Assembly: GCF_006345805.1 (NCBI RefSeq)
Contig: NC_043006.1
Coordinates: 101,742,001 to 101,806,000 of the forward strand
DNA length: 64,000 nt
Reading direction: 5' to 3'
Source: Octopus sinensis
Lineage: Eukaryota
A program made the position numbers and the translations under genes. Shown piece after piece: positions 50,083 through 63,490 of the stretch (positions are counted from its first letter, which is position 1; every line of letters starts with the position of its first letter). Under the pieces are notes generated by a model. The model ran no database searches and was not told the origin of the DNA. It was given only the letters and a program-made list of their open reading frames with translations.

Positions 50083-50292
50083 TGAGGGGGTGCTGAAAGG
50101 TTCCTGGCTTTGGGTAAAATAAAATACAGGATGATCAATTGAATGTAATTTTATTCAACATATTCCCCTCTCAGGTTCACACACTTATTGTAGCAGTCCT
50201 TCAGCTTTTCTAAGCCCTGTAAAAGAATGCTGGGCCTCCAACAGGTCTTTCAATGATACCCTTAAAGCCCAGAACTTTTCAGGCTCCCTTCA
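50083..50292. mobile_element. Tc1/mariner-type MITE (210 bp)
   Basis: TA|TGAGGGGGTGCTGAAAGGTTCCTGGCTTT ... AAAGCCCAGAACTTTTCAGGCTCCCTTCA|TA imperfect TIRs. Confidence 0.8.
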
Positions 50293-50304
50293 TATGTGTA
50301 CATA

Positions 50305-50339
<35 letters not shown>

Positions 50340-50340
<1 letters not shown>

Positions 50341-50724
50341 TAGCAGTATCGCCCGGCGTTGCTCGGGTTTGTAAGGGAAATAACTATAAAGCATTTTTAG
50401 AGTTATAGTCGCCAAAAAATAGCAAAAAAATGGGGAAAAAAATGATGGTAAATTTTTTTGAGAGTTAAAAAGGTGGAGTTGCGTCCCCTAGACAGTCTGT
50501 GGTTTGTGTTTCTGATTCTCGACCCCATGTCGAATTTATCGATTTTTTTCAGAACTGGGGGAACTTTTCAAAATTTTCGCTGCGTTAGTTTTGAATTATG
50601 ACATTGGGCTATGTGTGTGTCAAGTTTCATCAGAATCGGTTGAAAGCCGTGGTCAGGGTGAGGGTACAACCTAACAGACACACAGAAACACACGCAGACA
50701 AACTGCCGTTTATATAGAGAGAGA
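50340..50724 (-). mobile_element. Non-autonomous Helitron (second subfamily)
   Basis: Minus strand A|TCTCTCTCTATATAAAC 5' end and CCCGAGCAACGCCGGG hairpin + CTAG|T 3' end. It shares about 65 bp of 3' end with 31484-31996, but the interior differs. Confidence 0.85.
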
Positions 50725-50726
50725 TA

Positions 50727-50895
50727 TATCATCATCATGATCATCATCATTTGTCTGGTATCAATGCTGGCATAAGTTGGACAGTTTGACTGAAAACTGG
50801 AAAGCCAAAGGGCTGCACCAGATTCTTATCTGATTTGGCAAGGTTTCTATAGCTGGATGCTCTTTCTAATGCCAACTACTCTGAGAGTGTAGTGG
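50727..50895 (-). mobile_element. RTE-type 3' end repeat, reverse orientation
   Basis: (ATC)n then ..ATGCTGGCATAAGTTGGACAG..AGCTGGATGCTCTTTCTAATGCCAAC. Confidence 0.7.
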
Positions 50896-50898
50896 GTG

Positions 50899-50946
<48 letters not shown>

Positions 50947-51256
50947 CATCTATGTGTGTATGTTACTAATGGTCATACATTATGTATCTATATAAATATA
51001 TTGTGTGTTTGTATGTATATTTACATGTACATTTATGAATCATTATCATCACATTATCTGCTGGGTGGTTTGTGTTAGGAAGGACATCCAGCTGTAAATA
51101 CTGTGCCTGAACACACAGAAATCTGGTGCAGGCTCCTGCCTGACCACATCCTGTCAAACCATCCAACCTATGCCAGCAAGGAAGGCATTAAACGGCGATG
51201 ACGAATAACATCCATCTTAAGCATTTACATGGACTGATTGGCTTTACAAAATCATA

Positions 51257-51540
51257 CACGTAAAAAGCACCATCCGTTCGTGGCCATTGCCAGCCTCGCC
51301 TGGCCCCCGTGCCGGTGGCACGTAAAAAGCACCATCCAGTCGTGGCCGTTTGCCAGACTTGTCTGGCACATAAAAAGTACCCACTACACTCATGGACTGG
51401 TTGGCGTTAGGAAGGGCATCCAGCTGTAGAAACATTGCCAGATCAAACTGGGCCTTCTGGCTTCCCAGACCCCAGTTGAACAGTCCAACCCATGCTAGCA
51501 TGGAAAGCGGACGCTAAATGATGATGATGATGATGATGAT
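51257..51540 (+). mobile_element. Young RTE-type 3' end copy with internal CACGTAAAAAGCACC subrepeats (a second older copy at ~51060-51210)
   Basis: Three CAC(G/A)TAAAAAG(C/T)ACC units, the standard terminus and a (GAT)n tail. Confidence 0.85.
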
Positions 51541-52769
51541 AATACAGTTTGGAAGAGTGTCATGTTCCAGTGTCTGCTTCAGCTGGATCTCCTTCCTAAT
51601 GTCAACCACCGTTCAGTGTTCTGTTTGCATTCTCTTGGCTGCCAGTACTAGTGGGATTTTCAAGTAATTCACATGACTTAAAAACCCTTTCAAGTAAGCA
51701 GGAGTATAATGGAGAAAGCAATGGCTTAGCTAAGTGGTAAAACTTTAAAGCATGATACAAAGGACAGAGTAACAGAACAGATTCTTGTTTAGACAGGATG
51801 CACCTATCTCACAATATATAAGTTTAAATGTGTGTGAATGTGGATGGTGATAAAGTGTATGGATTTACCCTTATATTCAAGGAAGTTAGAATATATTATA
51901 TTAAAACAGAAAATCAAAAAGAGTGGATAGCAAGAGATTATGAGGGTGTGGAGAGAGTGAGAGATGGCTAAATGCATTGTAAGGTGTTAATGTAATGAAT
52001 GGTGAACAAGAGTGGAGATGGTACATTCAAATTGGAGGGTATGTTGGGGAGAAGAGGGGATGACTGGCAGTATAATCAGAGTGAAGAGCAGTAAAATTAT
52101 AAGAAGGAACAGATGAGAGCTAAGAAGACGATGGGTGAGTAGACAGAGTTTGCAAGAGTGAGAGATGTATAGTGATAAGTGTGGAGATGGTCATAGGTAC
52201 GTAAACGTGAGTCAAACGGAAGTGGTTCATGGAAGAGGACTAGATAATTTGTAGCACAGAAAGGGTGATTAATGGAAAATATCAGTGGGGAGGGGCAATG
52301 TTAAGAATGAAGGATGGCTAGGTGATGAAATAGGTAGTACTGCACTTATCTAACTACAGCAGCAAAATACTTGTGGTTTGTAGAGTGATAGAGGAATGAG
52401 TGATAGGAGGGGAGAAAGACTTGTCAAGTCTTTTGATAAGGACAAATATATACTTGCACACACATACACACATACTCTCTCGCTCTCTCTCTCCTTCTCC
52501 CTCTCTCTCTTTGTCTCTCTCTTTATCCGCCCTCTCTCTCTAGTTTTTGTATAACCAGAGCAGTACTATAGAATCACTTTCTCAAAGTGCTGCACAGTGA
52601 GACTGAACCTGAATCCATGAGGTTTCAAAATGTACTTTTTCACCAGACAGCCATAATTATATTTAACCATACCTGCATCTGTGTGTGTGTGTGTGTGTGT
52701 GGAAAAGACGTGCATCTGTTGTACCTGTGTATTGTGCTAACTTATAAGTTAAGCTTGTGATCTAACAGA

Positions 52770-52854
52770 AATGTGTGTGTGTGTATATATATATATCTAT
52801 ATATATGTGATATTGTATATGTATATATGTGTATATATATATATATACACACAC

Positions 52855-52886
<32 letters not shown>

Positions 52887-52955
52887 GTGTATAAATATAT
52901 ATATATATATATATGAATATAATATATATATATATATATATATGTAATATATATG

Positions 52956-52988
<33 letters not shown>

Positions 52989-53535
52989 GTATATATAATA
53001 TATATATGTATATATATGTATATATATATATATGTATATATATATATAATGTATATATTATATATATGTATAATATGTATATATATATATATATGTATAT
53101 ATAGTATATATATATATATATTATATATATATATGTAATATATATATATATTATAAGTTGCAGTACTACAAGGCGGTGCCCCAGCATGACCACAGCTCAA
53201 GAGCTGAAACTGGAAAAACAAAAACAAACAAACACCAACAAAACAATATGTATATATATATATGATATATATATATATATGTATATAATATATATATGTA
53301 TATATATATATAGTATAATATATATTATATATATATTATATATATATAGTAATATATATATATGTATTATATATATGTATATTATTATATGTATCTATAT
53401 ATATGTATATATATATATATCTATATGTTATATATATATGTATATGTTATATATATATGTATATATATGTATATAATGTCTATATATATATCGTATATGT
53501 ATATATATGTTATATATATGTATTCTATATATATG

Positions 53536-53573
<38 letters not shown>

Positions 53574-53810
53574 ATATGTATATATATATATCGTATATAT
53601 ATATCTATATATATATGTATTATATATATATTATACTATATATGTATATATATCTATAAATGTATCTATATATTGTATATATATATATATGTTATATATA
53701 TAGTATATATATAATATATATATATATATGTATAATATATATATATTATTATATATATAGTGTATATATATATATGTATATAGTATATATATGTATATAT
53801 ATATATATGT

Positions 53811-53844
<34 letters not shown>

Positions 53845-53847
53845 ATG

Positions 53848-53890
<43 letters not shown>

Positions 53891-53912
53891 GGTATATATA
53901 TATATATGTTAT

Positions 53913-53983
<71 letters not shown>

Positions 53984-54331
53984 TATATTATATATATATG
54001 TATATAGTATATATGTATATAATATAGGTATTATATATATATATATTATTATTGTATATATATAATTATATTTTATATATTATATAATATATATGTATAT
54101 ATATATATGTATATATATATATGTCTATATTATATATGTATATATATATATGTATATATATAATGTATATATATATATGTATATATATATTGTATATATG
54201 TATATATATATATGATATATATATATGTATATATAGATATATATATGTATATGTATATATGTATATATATATGTATATATATCTATATATATATATTATG
54301 TATATATATATATATATATATCTGTGTGTGT

Positions 54332-54365
<34 letters not shown>

Positions 54366-54430
54366 TATATGTGGTGTGATTATATATATATAATACAAAT
54401 AAGTATATAAATAAGTATGTATATGTATAA
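52770..54430. repeat. About 1.65-kb degenerate (TA)n array, interrupted by a SINE tail fragment at ~53160-53240
   Basis: Directly visible. It is the source of all ORFs between 52742 and 54398. Confidence 0.95.
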
Positions 54431-54940
54431 CAAATGTTCCTTACTCTGTGCATCCTAATAAATGTTGATGATATTGTCTAATCAAATAAGAAACTTCAGT
54501 AAAACATGTTCACAACATTAACAAGCTACATTGGAGCAGTAGAAGTCTGTAACTATGTGATAATTATATTATTCCATGTATAAGAAACAATTGCAATAGC
54601 TTGCTTTATTTCAAACAATTTCATATGTAGATTTCATTAGCAGGCATTTTTGTATTCATTTCAGTGAATTCAAAAATTGATATTTTATGTTTGACATGGT
54701 AATTTTTACGTAAAGCTTGCTTATTTGAGACATCTCGTAAGTGAACATTATCAATGCTTTGTGCGAACTTGTTGATTAAAAGAAACTCAAAATTGTTCGC
54801 TGGTATTTTTTAAATGTAGTTTTTATTATATTTTTGTGAGTACATGTGTGTATGTATACTTGTACCTTAGGATATCTATCTGTATTTATCTATCTGTCTG
54901 TGTCTGCTTATATATATATGTATATGTGAGTATGTATATC

Positions 54941-54971
<31 letters not shown>

Positions 54972-55677
54972 ATGCATGTATATATATATATATGTGTGTG
55001 TATGTGAGTGTGTGTGTATTTTATATATATATATATATATATTGAATAAGTAATTTGTGTTCTTTTTTATATAAATATTGCAATTATATTTTGCCCAATT
55101 GTTTTTCTTGAATCTCCAAGAGAAATGTAATTAAACAACTTTTCATTGTGTTTTAGTGACAGGTTTTCAATATTGTTTGTTATAAAATTCTTCCTTGAAA
55201 TCACTTGTACAATTTCTCAGTCTACAAATATATGCCAAGTTCAAAGTGTGGTATCTTTATTGGCAAAAACAAATCAACAATGCTTAAATGAATTTTTTTT
55301 TTTTTTCAAAAAAAAAGTGTTTATTGTGGAAATAAAAAATGTAAGCTCAAACCAAAGAGAATAATAAAATGAAAAAAGAATAAGAAAGACTAGAAAGTTA
55401 AAAATCAAATAATAGCCCCTTGCGTTTAAAAGAACAGAATTGTTCCCTCCTTCAATGAAATTTATTTATCATTTTCATTCATAAAGCTGTCACATAAAGT
55501 ATCTTGACTGATGGACAGATTTTAAATAGTAGTATTAATAAAGATAATAACAATGAATAATAATTATAATAAAGTTTATAATAAAAGAGAAAATTTGCCT
55601 TTTTTTTTAAACTTTTTCAACTGTGATATTAATTTTATACTCACCATCATTGCTATCATGAAACTCCTTGCCTACTC

Positions 55678-55712
<35 letters not shown>

Positions 55713-56324
55713 TGCATACATATGTGTGCACATTCACACACAAAGACAAATATATGTTAAAACAAAATTCACTTCCTAGATTCATACAGATGCTAGTCAT
55801 TATTGAGAAGATTTCTTTTCTTCTCTCTATTTTTTATTATAAGTCTTTTTGCAAGTAAACCCTATAGGGACATAACAATGAGATTGTTGTCATAAATTAA
55901 ATAAACTGTTTGCTTTCTGTTGACATTTTCTTATTGCAATTTGCACAGTTTCGTATAATAAGCTTTCTTTAGAAACTCATTTGATTTATCTGTTAATTTC
56001 CAACATTTTTACAATATCAGTAGCAATACTAAATGATACATATCTATATTTGGAAATTACTTGATTGTGCAGTTGACTGGCGCCATAAAGTATTTTTGTA
56101 GGCTTAGCTTTTTGTCTGAGCAGAACATCAGCATCAATAATATCAATTAGTGTTTGATATTTTTTCTTTTTAAATTTCTTTATTCTCCATAGAAATAAGT
56201 TTACAAATGGACATGTTTTTTTAGCAATACTGGTTTTCTTTTACTGTGCACAGTACCAAGGACTAGTTTTACTTATTTGAAGTGGTCCCTAGTTTATTAC
56301 TGGTATTTATTTTATCAAGAATTG

Positions 56325-56655
56325 CAAAGCCATAGCTGTGTGGTAAGAAGGCTCCTTCCCAACCACATGGTTCCAGGTTCAGTCCCACTGCATGACACCT
56401 TAGGCAAGTATCTTCTACTACAGCCTCGGGCCAACAAAAGCCTTATGAGCAGATTTGGTTGATGGAGACTAAAAGAAGCTTGTCAACCATTCCTGGTGTG
56501 TTTATATCCTCCATATCTTAACAGTACAGCAAAGGAGACTGATAGAACAAGTATTGGACATAACAGAAAAAGCATGGGGGATGATTTGTCCGACTAAAGT
56601 TCTTCAAGGTGGTGCCACACTTTAATGACCAAAACAAATGCAAGATAAAAGATCA
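56325..56655 (+). mobile_element. SINE family A, degenerate
   Basis: AGCTGTGTGGTAAGAAG..GGTTCAGTCCCACTG head; AAAGTTCTTCAAGGTGGTGCC tail. Confidence 0.75.
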
Positions 56656-57511
56656 ATGGAAATAAATGAATGAATAAAGTCACACCCAATATAATTTTAA
56701 CTCGGCATCAAGCTGATATAGTCTGTATTTTTTTCTTCTCAACATCATTCTTTACAATGATATAACATTATTTTTAACTCTGCATTAGACAAAGTATTTT
56801 GGTTAATTTAATCAATATGAGTTCTTAATTAATGAACCTCAAAATATTAATACTAGATTTGTCATTAGGAAGGGCCTTCAGCAGTGAAAACCATGCCAAA
56901 ACAGACAGCAGGGATTGGCGCCAGTTCCTACAGAATCATCCAACCCATGTCTGCATGGAAAATGAACATTGAATGATGATAATGATGATGAGAGTGGTCA
57001 AATTGAAACTGACAAATCAGGTGTCAAATGAAATTGTAAAGTCTACAGTATTCATTCATTTTATTGTATTTTTATAAGATCATCATAAATACACCAGTTA
57101 TATAATTTCATGTTTCTTCTATATATAAAGTGAAATAGAATGAGGTGTCACTCATGTCTTTCTCAAGAGAATTAAGATTTCTATAACCAGGAGTAAAAAT
57201 TACTTTTAATTTCAATTTATAGAAGTTTATCGCTTAAATATTAATATTAGAGAAGCTGAGAAATTGTCATCACACAATAGAAAAATCTTTTGTTGTGAAA
57301 GTGAGGATGTGGTCACAATGTATAATTGTTAGGAAATATAGAGATTGAAGTATTTGGTGCAACTTACTCAATTCCAACATTTTTCTTTTCAAGGCCATTC
57401 TGTTGAGTTGTTTTGTAATCTATATTACATTCTTAATCTCTTAACATATTATCCTGTATATTTTTATTCAGTGATGTCTAGTAAATATATATTTGAACAA
57501 AAATATACATA

Positions 57512-57681
57512 GGATTAGGAGTTGTTGTGTGGTAAGTAGCTTGCTTATCAACCACATGGTTCTGGGTTCATTCCCACTACGTGATACCTTGGGCAAGTGT
57601 CTTCTACTATAGCCGCGGGCCGACTAAAGCCTTGTGAGTGGATTTGGTAGATGGAAACTGAAAGAAGCCCGTCATATATAT

Positions 57682-57731
<50 letters not shown>

Positions 57732-57950
57732 ATATGTTTGCATGTCTGTTTGTCCCCCCAACATCACTTGACAACCGATGCTGGTGTGTTTACGTCCCTG
57801 TAACTTAGCGCTTCAGCAAAACAGACTGATAGAATAAGTACTAGGCTTACAAAGAATAAGTGCTGAGGTCGATTTGCTCAACTAAATGTGGTGCTCCAGC
57901 GTGGCCGCAATCAAATGACTGAAACAAGTAAAAGAGTAAAAGAGAGAGAG
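57512..57950 (+). mobile_element. Full-length SINE family A
   Basis: Head, central (TA/TG)n, and tail ending GAAACAAGTAAAAGAGTAAAAGAG. Confidence 0.9.
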
Positions 57951-59465
57951 TACTCACTGTACTCTGAGGTTACTTATTTCTCATCCGAAATACTTCATTC
58001 ATGATCTTATTCCCATTTTCTATCATTAACTATCAATAATTATCATTTCTATCAGTAACTTGATAATAAATCATAACTGATCCAAAGTAATCTGTGTACT
58101 TACTCTTCCTTATATACAGATTTGAAATAAATGATAAAAAATATATATTTTTTGCATGGAAATTGAAAAACATATGTGTATGTTAAGAGGTTAATCAGTT
58201 TACTTAACTGGAGTGTTACAAAGAATTTATGAAAGAGTTACTGATGACTGTTGAGATGTAACTGTCTTCAGTTATGCTGCCCATTTGTGTGTGTACCTGT
58301 GTTCCTACTTACAGATGCATTGTGTACTGTATGTGCTACTGGGTAACGTAATAGAGTAATTAAAATAGATAAGCAAAATGAATGTCAATTACATTGCCTA
58401 GCGGTATTTAGTTATGATCTTTTATATTCTATATTCAATTCCTGCTGCGGTCAACTTACGTTTTTCGTCTTTCTGAGAGCACTAGAATAAAGTACCTGAA
58501 GTAATTGGGTGGGTGTAATTTTGTCTATATTCGCACCTCACTAAAGCAGTGTGGTCTTGTGTGTTCCATAAAAAATAAATTTTCAGACCACGAGCAGAGT
58601 CATCTTCACCGTATTATAGGCCTCTCATAAAAAATACATTGGGGTCCTCTACATATGTAACAACAGCTAAAATGATTAGCATTGGGCCCTAAGATTTGTC
58701 TGCTCATGCCTTAACAGAGCACATTACAACTTATTGTAATATTTTTTGTAAACTGATAAGTCTGTCCTTTCTGTTGCAACTTAGTTTCTCTCTTGTAAAA
58801 CGATATCCTTGGACATCGTATAAATGGTAGAACCATTATCAAACTTTGGCTGCTATCTTTATATGGTTGATTCAGATGTCAAAACCAGTGAGTAATTTTG
58901 ATTTGATTAGATCTTTGGACTCACAAAGATCATTATAACTACATGAAATTTGATAATTTAGATATGATTTGGTTGCTTCCTTACCAATTGAATATGGGCT
59001 AACTCAATCAAGCACCTTACAAATGCATTTTAAATTTTGCTACATCAAACGAAGTAGCAAGTGTCAAATTTCTGATCAATTTTCTTTCATCCATTATGCC
59101 TCTGTTCTACTACTGCTTCACTGCTGACCTCTTTCCTTCATCCTCTCTCCCTCTCACACACACATACACACAAACACACACACACCTACATTCTTACAGA
59201 TCAAACCATCACTTATTCTTAGGTTCAGACTGCCATGCAAGCTAATAACTCTTGATATCAACCATTCGTTCTACACACATCTCTTGTTACTTTTCAACTT
59301 TCTCCACTCATTTTTATTTCTTTTAAGAAATAAGGGTTTACATAATTTTTTCTTGTTAATCACAAAAGATCAGCTTGGCATTAAACATACCTCATTTTGT
59401 TATTATATTTGGCATTTTTATGACAATAAAACAACACTAGCATGAATGTATATTTTTGTATTTAA

Positions 59466-59669
59466 CCCTTTAGCATTTAAACCAACCATATCCAACCAAA
59501 ATATTTTACATTGTTTCATGTTCAAACTGGCCAGATTTAGCCTCTCATGTATACCCAACAATGCCATTCTGAAAATAAACAATCACATCATCAGTATATC
59601 AAGGCTACAAGATAATGTATTACAATTTCAAAACAATGTGAATAGACACACATCACATTTGCGAAAGGG
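59466..59669. mobile_element. piggyBac-type MITE
   Basis: TTAA|CCCTTTAGCA ... TGCGAAAGGG|TTAA with both TTAA intact. Confidence 0.8.
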
Positions 59670-59814
59670 TTAATTTAGTCCTTTTCTGATTTGAGTTGTA
59701 GAGGTGCGCAGTTTAATGGCTCAGGTATTGAACTCATGATCATATGGTTGTGGTTATGATTCTTGGACCAGGCAATGCCTTGCATTCTTGAACAAAATAC
59801 TTCAAAATTATTAA

Positions 59815-60205
59815 CCATTGTGCCTACAACAACCTTGAGCATCTTTCTGAATTCCATGTGTCTAACACACGTGGGCATACCTGCAAAGTCAGGAAACAGC
59901 ACAGCTCCCATGACTTTCAGAAACATTTTTTCACACTCTGAGTTGCTGAAGAATGGAACAAACTACCTGCATCAGTTGTTAACTACCAAGACATTGCAAC
60001 CTTTAAAACCTCCAGGCTTCTTGAAATTTCCAACTCTACGCCTGATATCTCCTCCTCCATATGCATGCACACATGTATATCATGACTCGTACACTGTTCA
60101 CTTTCCTGACATTTGTACATAATTCTATGTATTCTATGTACTATACATGCACCTTTGATAAGTTGTAGTGCACCTGAGCACTATACACAGTAATTTCATT
60201 ATTAT
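59815..60205 (+). pseudogene. CR1/L2-clade LINE 3' fragment nested in a family C SINE (head ~59700-59810, continuation ~60206-60250)
   Basis: Translation SNTRGHTCKVRKQHSSHDFQKHFFTL*VAEEWNKLPASVVNYQDIATFK (from 59861) matches the TRGH..K..R..FFS.RV...WN.LP C-terminal signature. Confidence 0.8.
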
Positions 60206-61549
60206 TTTCATGTTGCTCCAGTCCACTCGGTTAGGAAAAGTGAGTAATATGGTGATGTTGCAACATGCCTGGTAAGCAGGAGATGGATGATGGGCCTGTC
60301 TATAGAACAAACGGAAGGAAACTTCTAGATTTACAGGCCATAAGACTACTCTATTGTTGGGTATTACTGATGGGAGTTAAATTGTATTGTGTTACACTTT
60401 GCAGAAAATTCCTTCATAGCTGTTGCATTATATTTGGATCTATGCCACGTATACAATTTGTCCTTGCACTTAGTTGTTGGAAAAAAATATTTTTATAAAA
60501 TAATAATTAATCTCATATTTCACTTTTCCACTCATCATAAATCTATAAAGATGGATATTTCATAGTTTTCATAATTAAGAAATTACATTGTTCTATAAAA
60601 TTGTTGCATCTTCAGTTTATGCAAATAAAGATAAGCATAAAATAAAAGCAAAATGAAACAATAATAAATTTGAATATATCATCCTTGTTTTATTTTAGTG
60701 ATTTAAATGTTGCATCATGACACTTTATATAAATTAAAGATTTGATAATAGGATATTCTGCATATTGTACCCCCCCCCCCAGTTGGCGGTTATTTGGTTC
60801 AAATATTCGGGTACATTAAATATATTAAATGAAAAATGTAATTATTTTTCAGTACCATAATATTAAATCAGAAAAGAAACAGAATGATTCTGTTAAATAT
60901 TGTTAAATATTGTTAAATAAGTACTAGGTTTACAAAGAATAAGTCCTGAGGTCGATTTGCTCAAATAAAGGCAGTGCTGCAGTATAGCCACAGTCAAATG
61001 ACTGAAACAAGTAACAGAGTAATATAGGGCAGAAGTATGCATGCACACACAATAATTCACATATAACAATCCACATACAATGTCATCCTCGTACTATTTC
61101 CAGCAATCATATATAGAACACAACTTACACACAAGAAAAGCAGGATGGTGACCCTATTAGAGACGCACAGCTCCTTACTATAGTCTTCTGACAAAGGGAT
61201 TTTACTCCTGGAATATTACAACAGATAAATAAAATAATAGATAACACTAACATCATCGTTGCTTTCAATTTTTCAAAATTTATTGTCCATATCACTTTGT
61301 TGTAGCTGTTCCTATGCAGTGGTTGTTGTTTATTCTCTACCTTAAGCTTTCTCTTAAGTTGTATTATTTATATAAATATAACATTTTATATTTATTTACA
61401 AGAAGAAAGATATCTTAGTCGTGAAGAAAAACAACTTTAAATTCCTTAGCTAATTTCTTTTTCTATCTAATACGTTAACCCACAAATCAAAATAGATTTG
61501 TGATTAACGTAGACCTGGCAAAAAAATTTACTGTTGTCTCCAAAAGAGT

Positions 61550-61750
61550 GAGTGACGTGGATTTGAATAGCTACCAACGAACACTAAAGTCTCTCCCCAA
61601 TTCCAGGATGTTTATAACTGCTCAACCTGACCAAGAAGAATCCTTATTCGAGCCGTTACACCAACCAATGGGAAAAGAGCGAAAATGATAATTCTTTGGC
61701 AAAGACACTACGTCATATTGCCAATTCGCGCCACATTTCAAAATGGCTAA
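61550..61750. promoter_or_regulatory. Putative promoter-like motif cluster in a CpG-retaining patch
   Basis: TGACGTG (61553), CCAAT (61665, 61721), TACGTCA (61709), TTCGCGCC (61725) and CAAAATGGC (61739) within about 200 bp. These are motif matches only, with no transcript evidence. Confidence 0.25.
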
Positions 61751-62068
61751 AATGTTACTGCTGCATAGCCTTCAGATAAACACTCTACTTTGAATACTGT
61801 ATATGAGTTGCAACTGACACTTTACGTTTCAGTACTTCTCTTCTCACTTCACCAATCAACTGGGAGTGGGTGTGGCTTTATTTTTAAGATAAAGACACTC
61901 AACAGTGTCAAGTACACATCAAAGAAGGTAACAAAGAAATGCATATAACAGTGACACCTGAAATTAGTCAAACTAAGTAACCTTTGAAACCAGTTTTGAA
62001 ATTAAGTATACAAGCACTTGGATACTTCAAATGTTTTTTTGTTTTGGTGTTGGCACAGTTATTAACAC

Positions 62069-62225
62069 GAGTGGCTGTGTGGTAAGTAGCTTGCTAACCA
62101 ACCACATGGTTCCAGGTTCAGTCCCACTGCGTGGCATCTTGGGCAAGTGTCTTCTGCTATAGCCCCGGGCCGACCAATGCCTTGTGAGTGGTTTTGGTAG
62201 ATGAAAACTGAAAAGAAGCCTGTCG

Positions 62226-62297
<72 letters not shown>

Positions 62298-62500
62298 TTG
62301 TGTGTCTGTGGTTGTCCCCCTAGCATTGCTTGACAGCCGATGCTGGTATGTTTACGTCCCCGTCACTTAGCGGTTCGACAAAAGAGACCGATAGAATAAG
62401 TACTGGGCTTACAGAAAATAAGTACCGGGGTCGATTTGCTCGACTAAAGGCGGTGCTCCAGCATGGCCGCAGTCAAATGACTGAAACAGGTAAAAAAGGA
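62069..62500 (+). mobile_element. Young SINE family A, same subfamily as 4465-4865
   Basis: Shares the diagnostic GCTAACC, CATCTTGGG and TGCTATAGCCCCGGGCCGACC with the 4465 copy; CpGs are intact. Confidence 0.9.
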
Positions 62501-62904
62501 GAAAATCACTGTCAATGTTATCATCATCATCATCATCTTCATCATCATCATCATTGTTGTAGTAGTAGTAGTAGATCCCTTTATCCTTATTTACATGACT
62601 TAGGCAGTTATGTTTCCTGCTTTCCATCCCACTGCTTGTACTATCTTTACCTCTTCTTCCCATATTTCTCTCTGTCTTCCAGGCTCCTCCCTCTTTGATT
62701 GCTTCTACTTCCATATGCACCATTTGTCCACACCAAGGTTGCCCCCCCCCCCTCAACTCATTCCTCATATATCCAGTTCTTCTTTCACCTCATTTTTTCG
62801 TTCTGTTATTCATATACATTAACATTACACATTTGGTTGAGCATATTTGCATAGTTTTTTTTTTTTTCCTTCTCAGCAGTTACACATCTTTTATTTCGTA
62901 TTTT

Positions 62905-63084
62905 TTGCTTGTTTCAGTCATTAGACTGTGACCATGCTGGGGCACCACCCTGAAGAAATTTTCATCAAATGAATTGACCACAGAATATTTTTTCCCTTAA
63001 GCCTCATATTTATCCTGTTGGTCTTGTTTGCTAAGTTTCAGCTACAAAGATACGAAGACATACACACATGTATTAAATATAAAC

Positions 63085-63122
<38 letters not shown>

Positions 63123-63490
63123 TCACCATCATCATTTGATGTCCGCTGTCCATGCTGGTATGGGTTGGATGGTTTCACCAGGGCTGGCAAGCTGAGAGGC
63201 TGCACCAGACTCCAGTCTGATTTGGCATAGCTTCTACAGCTAGATGCCCTTCCTAATGCCAACCACTGCAAGAGTGTAATGGGTGCTTTTATGTGCCACC
63301 AGCACATGTGCCAGTAAATATATATATACACAACATCTTTCAGTTTCCATCTGTCAACTCCACTCACAAGGCTTTGGTTGGCTCAAGGCTATAGTAGAAG
63401 ACACTTGCCCAATGTGGTATGCAGTGGGACTGAACCCAGAACCATGTGGTAGGGAAGCAAACGTCTTGCCACACAGTCACACTTGTGCCT
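62905..63490 (-). mobile_element. SINE family A (reverse) with an RTE-type 3' end (~63120-63300) in its central microsatellite
   Basis: Tail reverse complement 62905-63060, (TA)n, RTE terminus reverse complement, head reverse complement 63330-63490. Confidence 0.8.

Noticed and set aside
52742-54398. Many ORFs up to 161 aa (likewise 8675-8995, 28844-29344, 29949-30421, 32117-32768, 45820-46684)
   Set aside because: They are translations of stop-free dinucleotide repeats (IY, HT, CV runs) and carry no coding signal.
59763-60122. 119-aa plus-strand ORF
   Set aside because: It is an off-frame read through a SINE head and a CR1 fragment; the CR1 motif is in another frame and has a stop.
61188-61215. 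Hammerhead-like CTGACAA-AGGG..TCCT-GGAAT
   Set aside because: The 3-8 pair is broken, GAAA is not intact, and there is no helix III, cleavage triplet or helix I.
61500-61688. 62-aa ORF (TTG/GTG-type start in the track)
   Set aside because: No ATG context or homology that I can recognise. The region is better explained as regulatory or non-coding.
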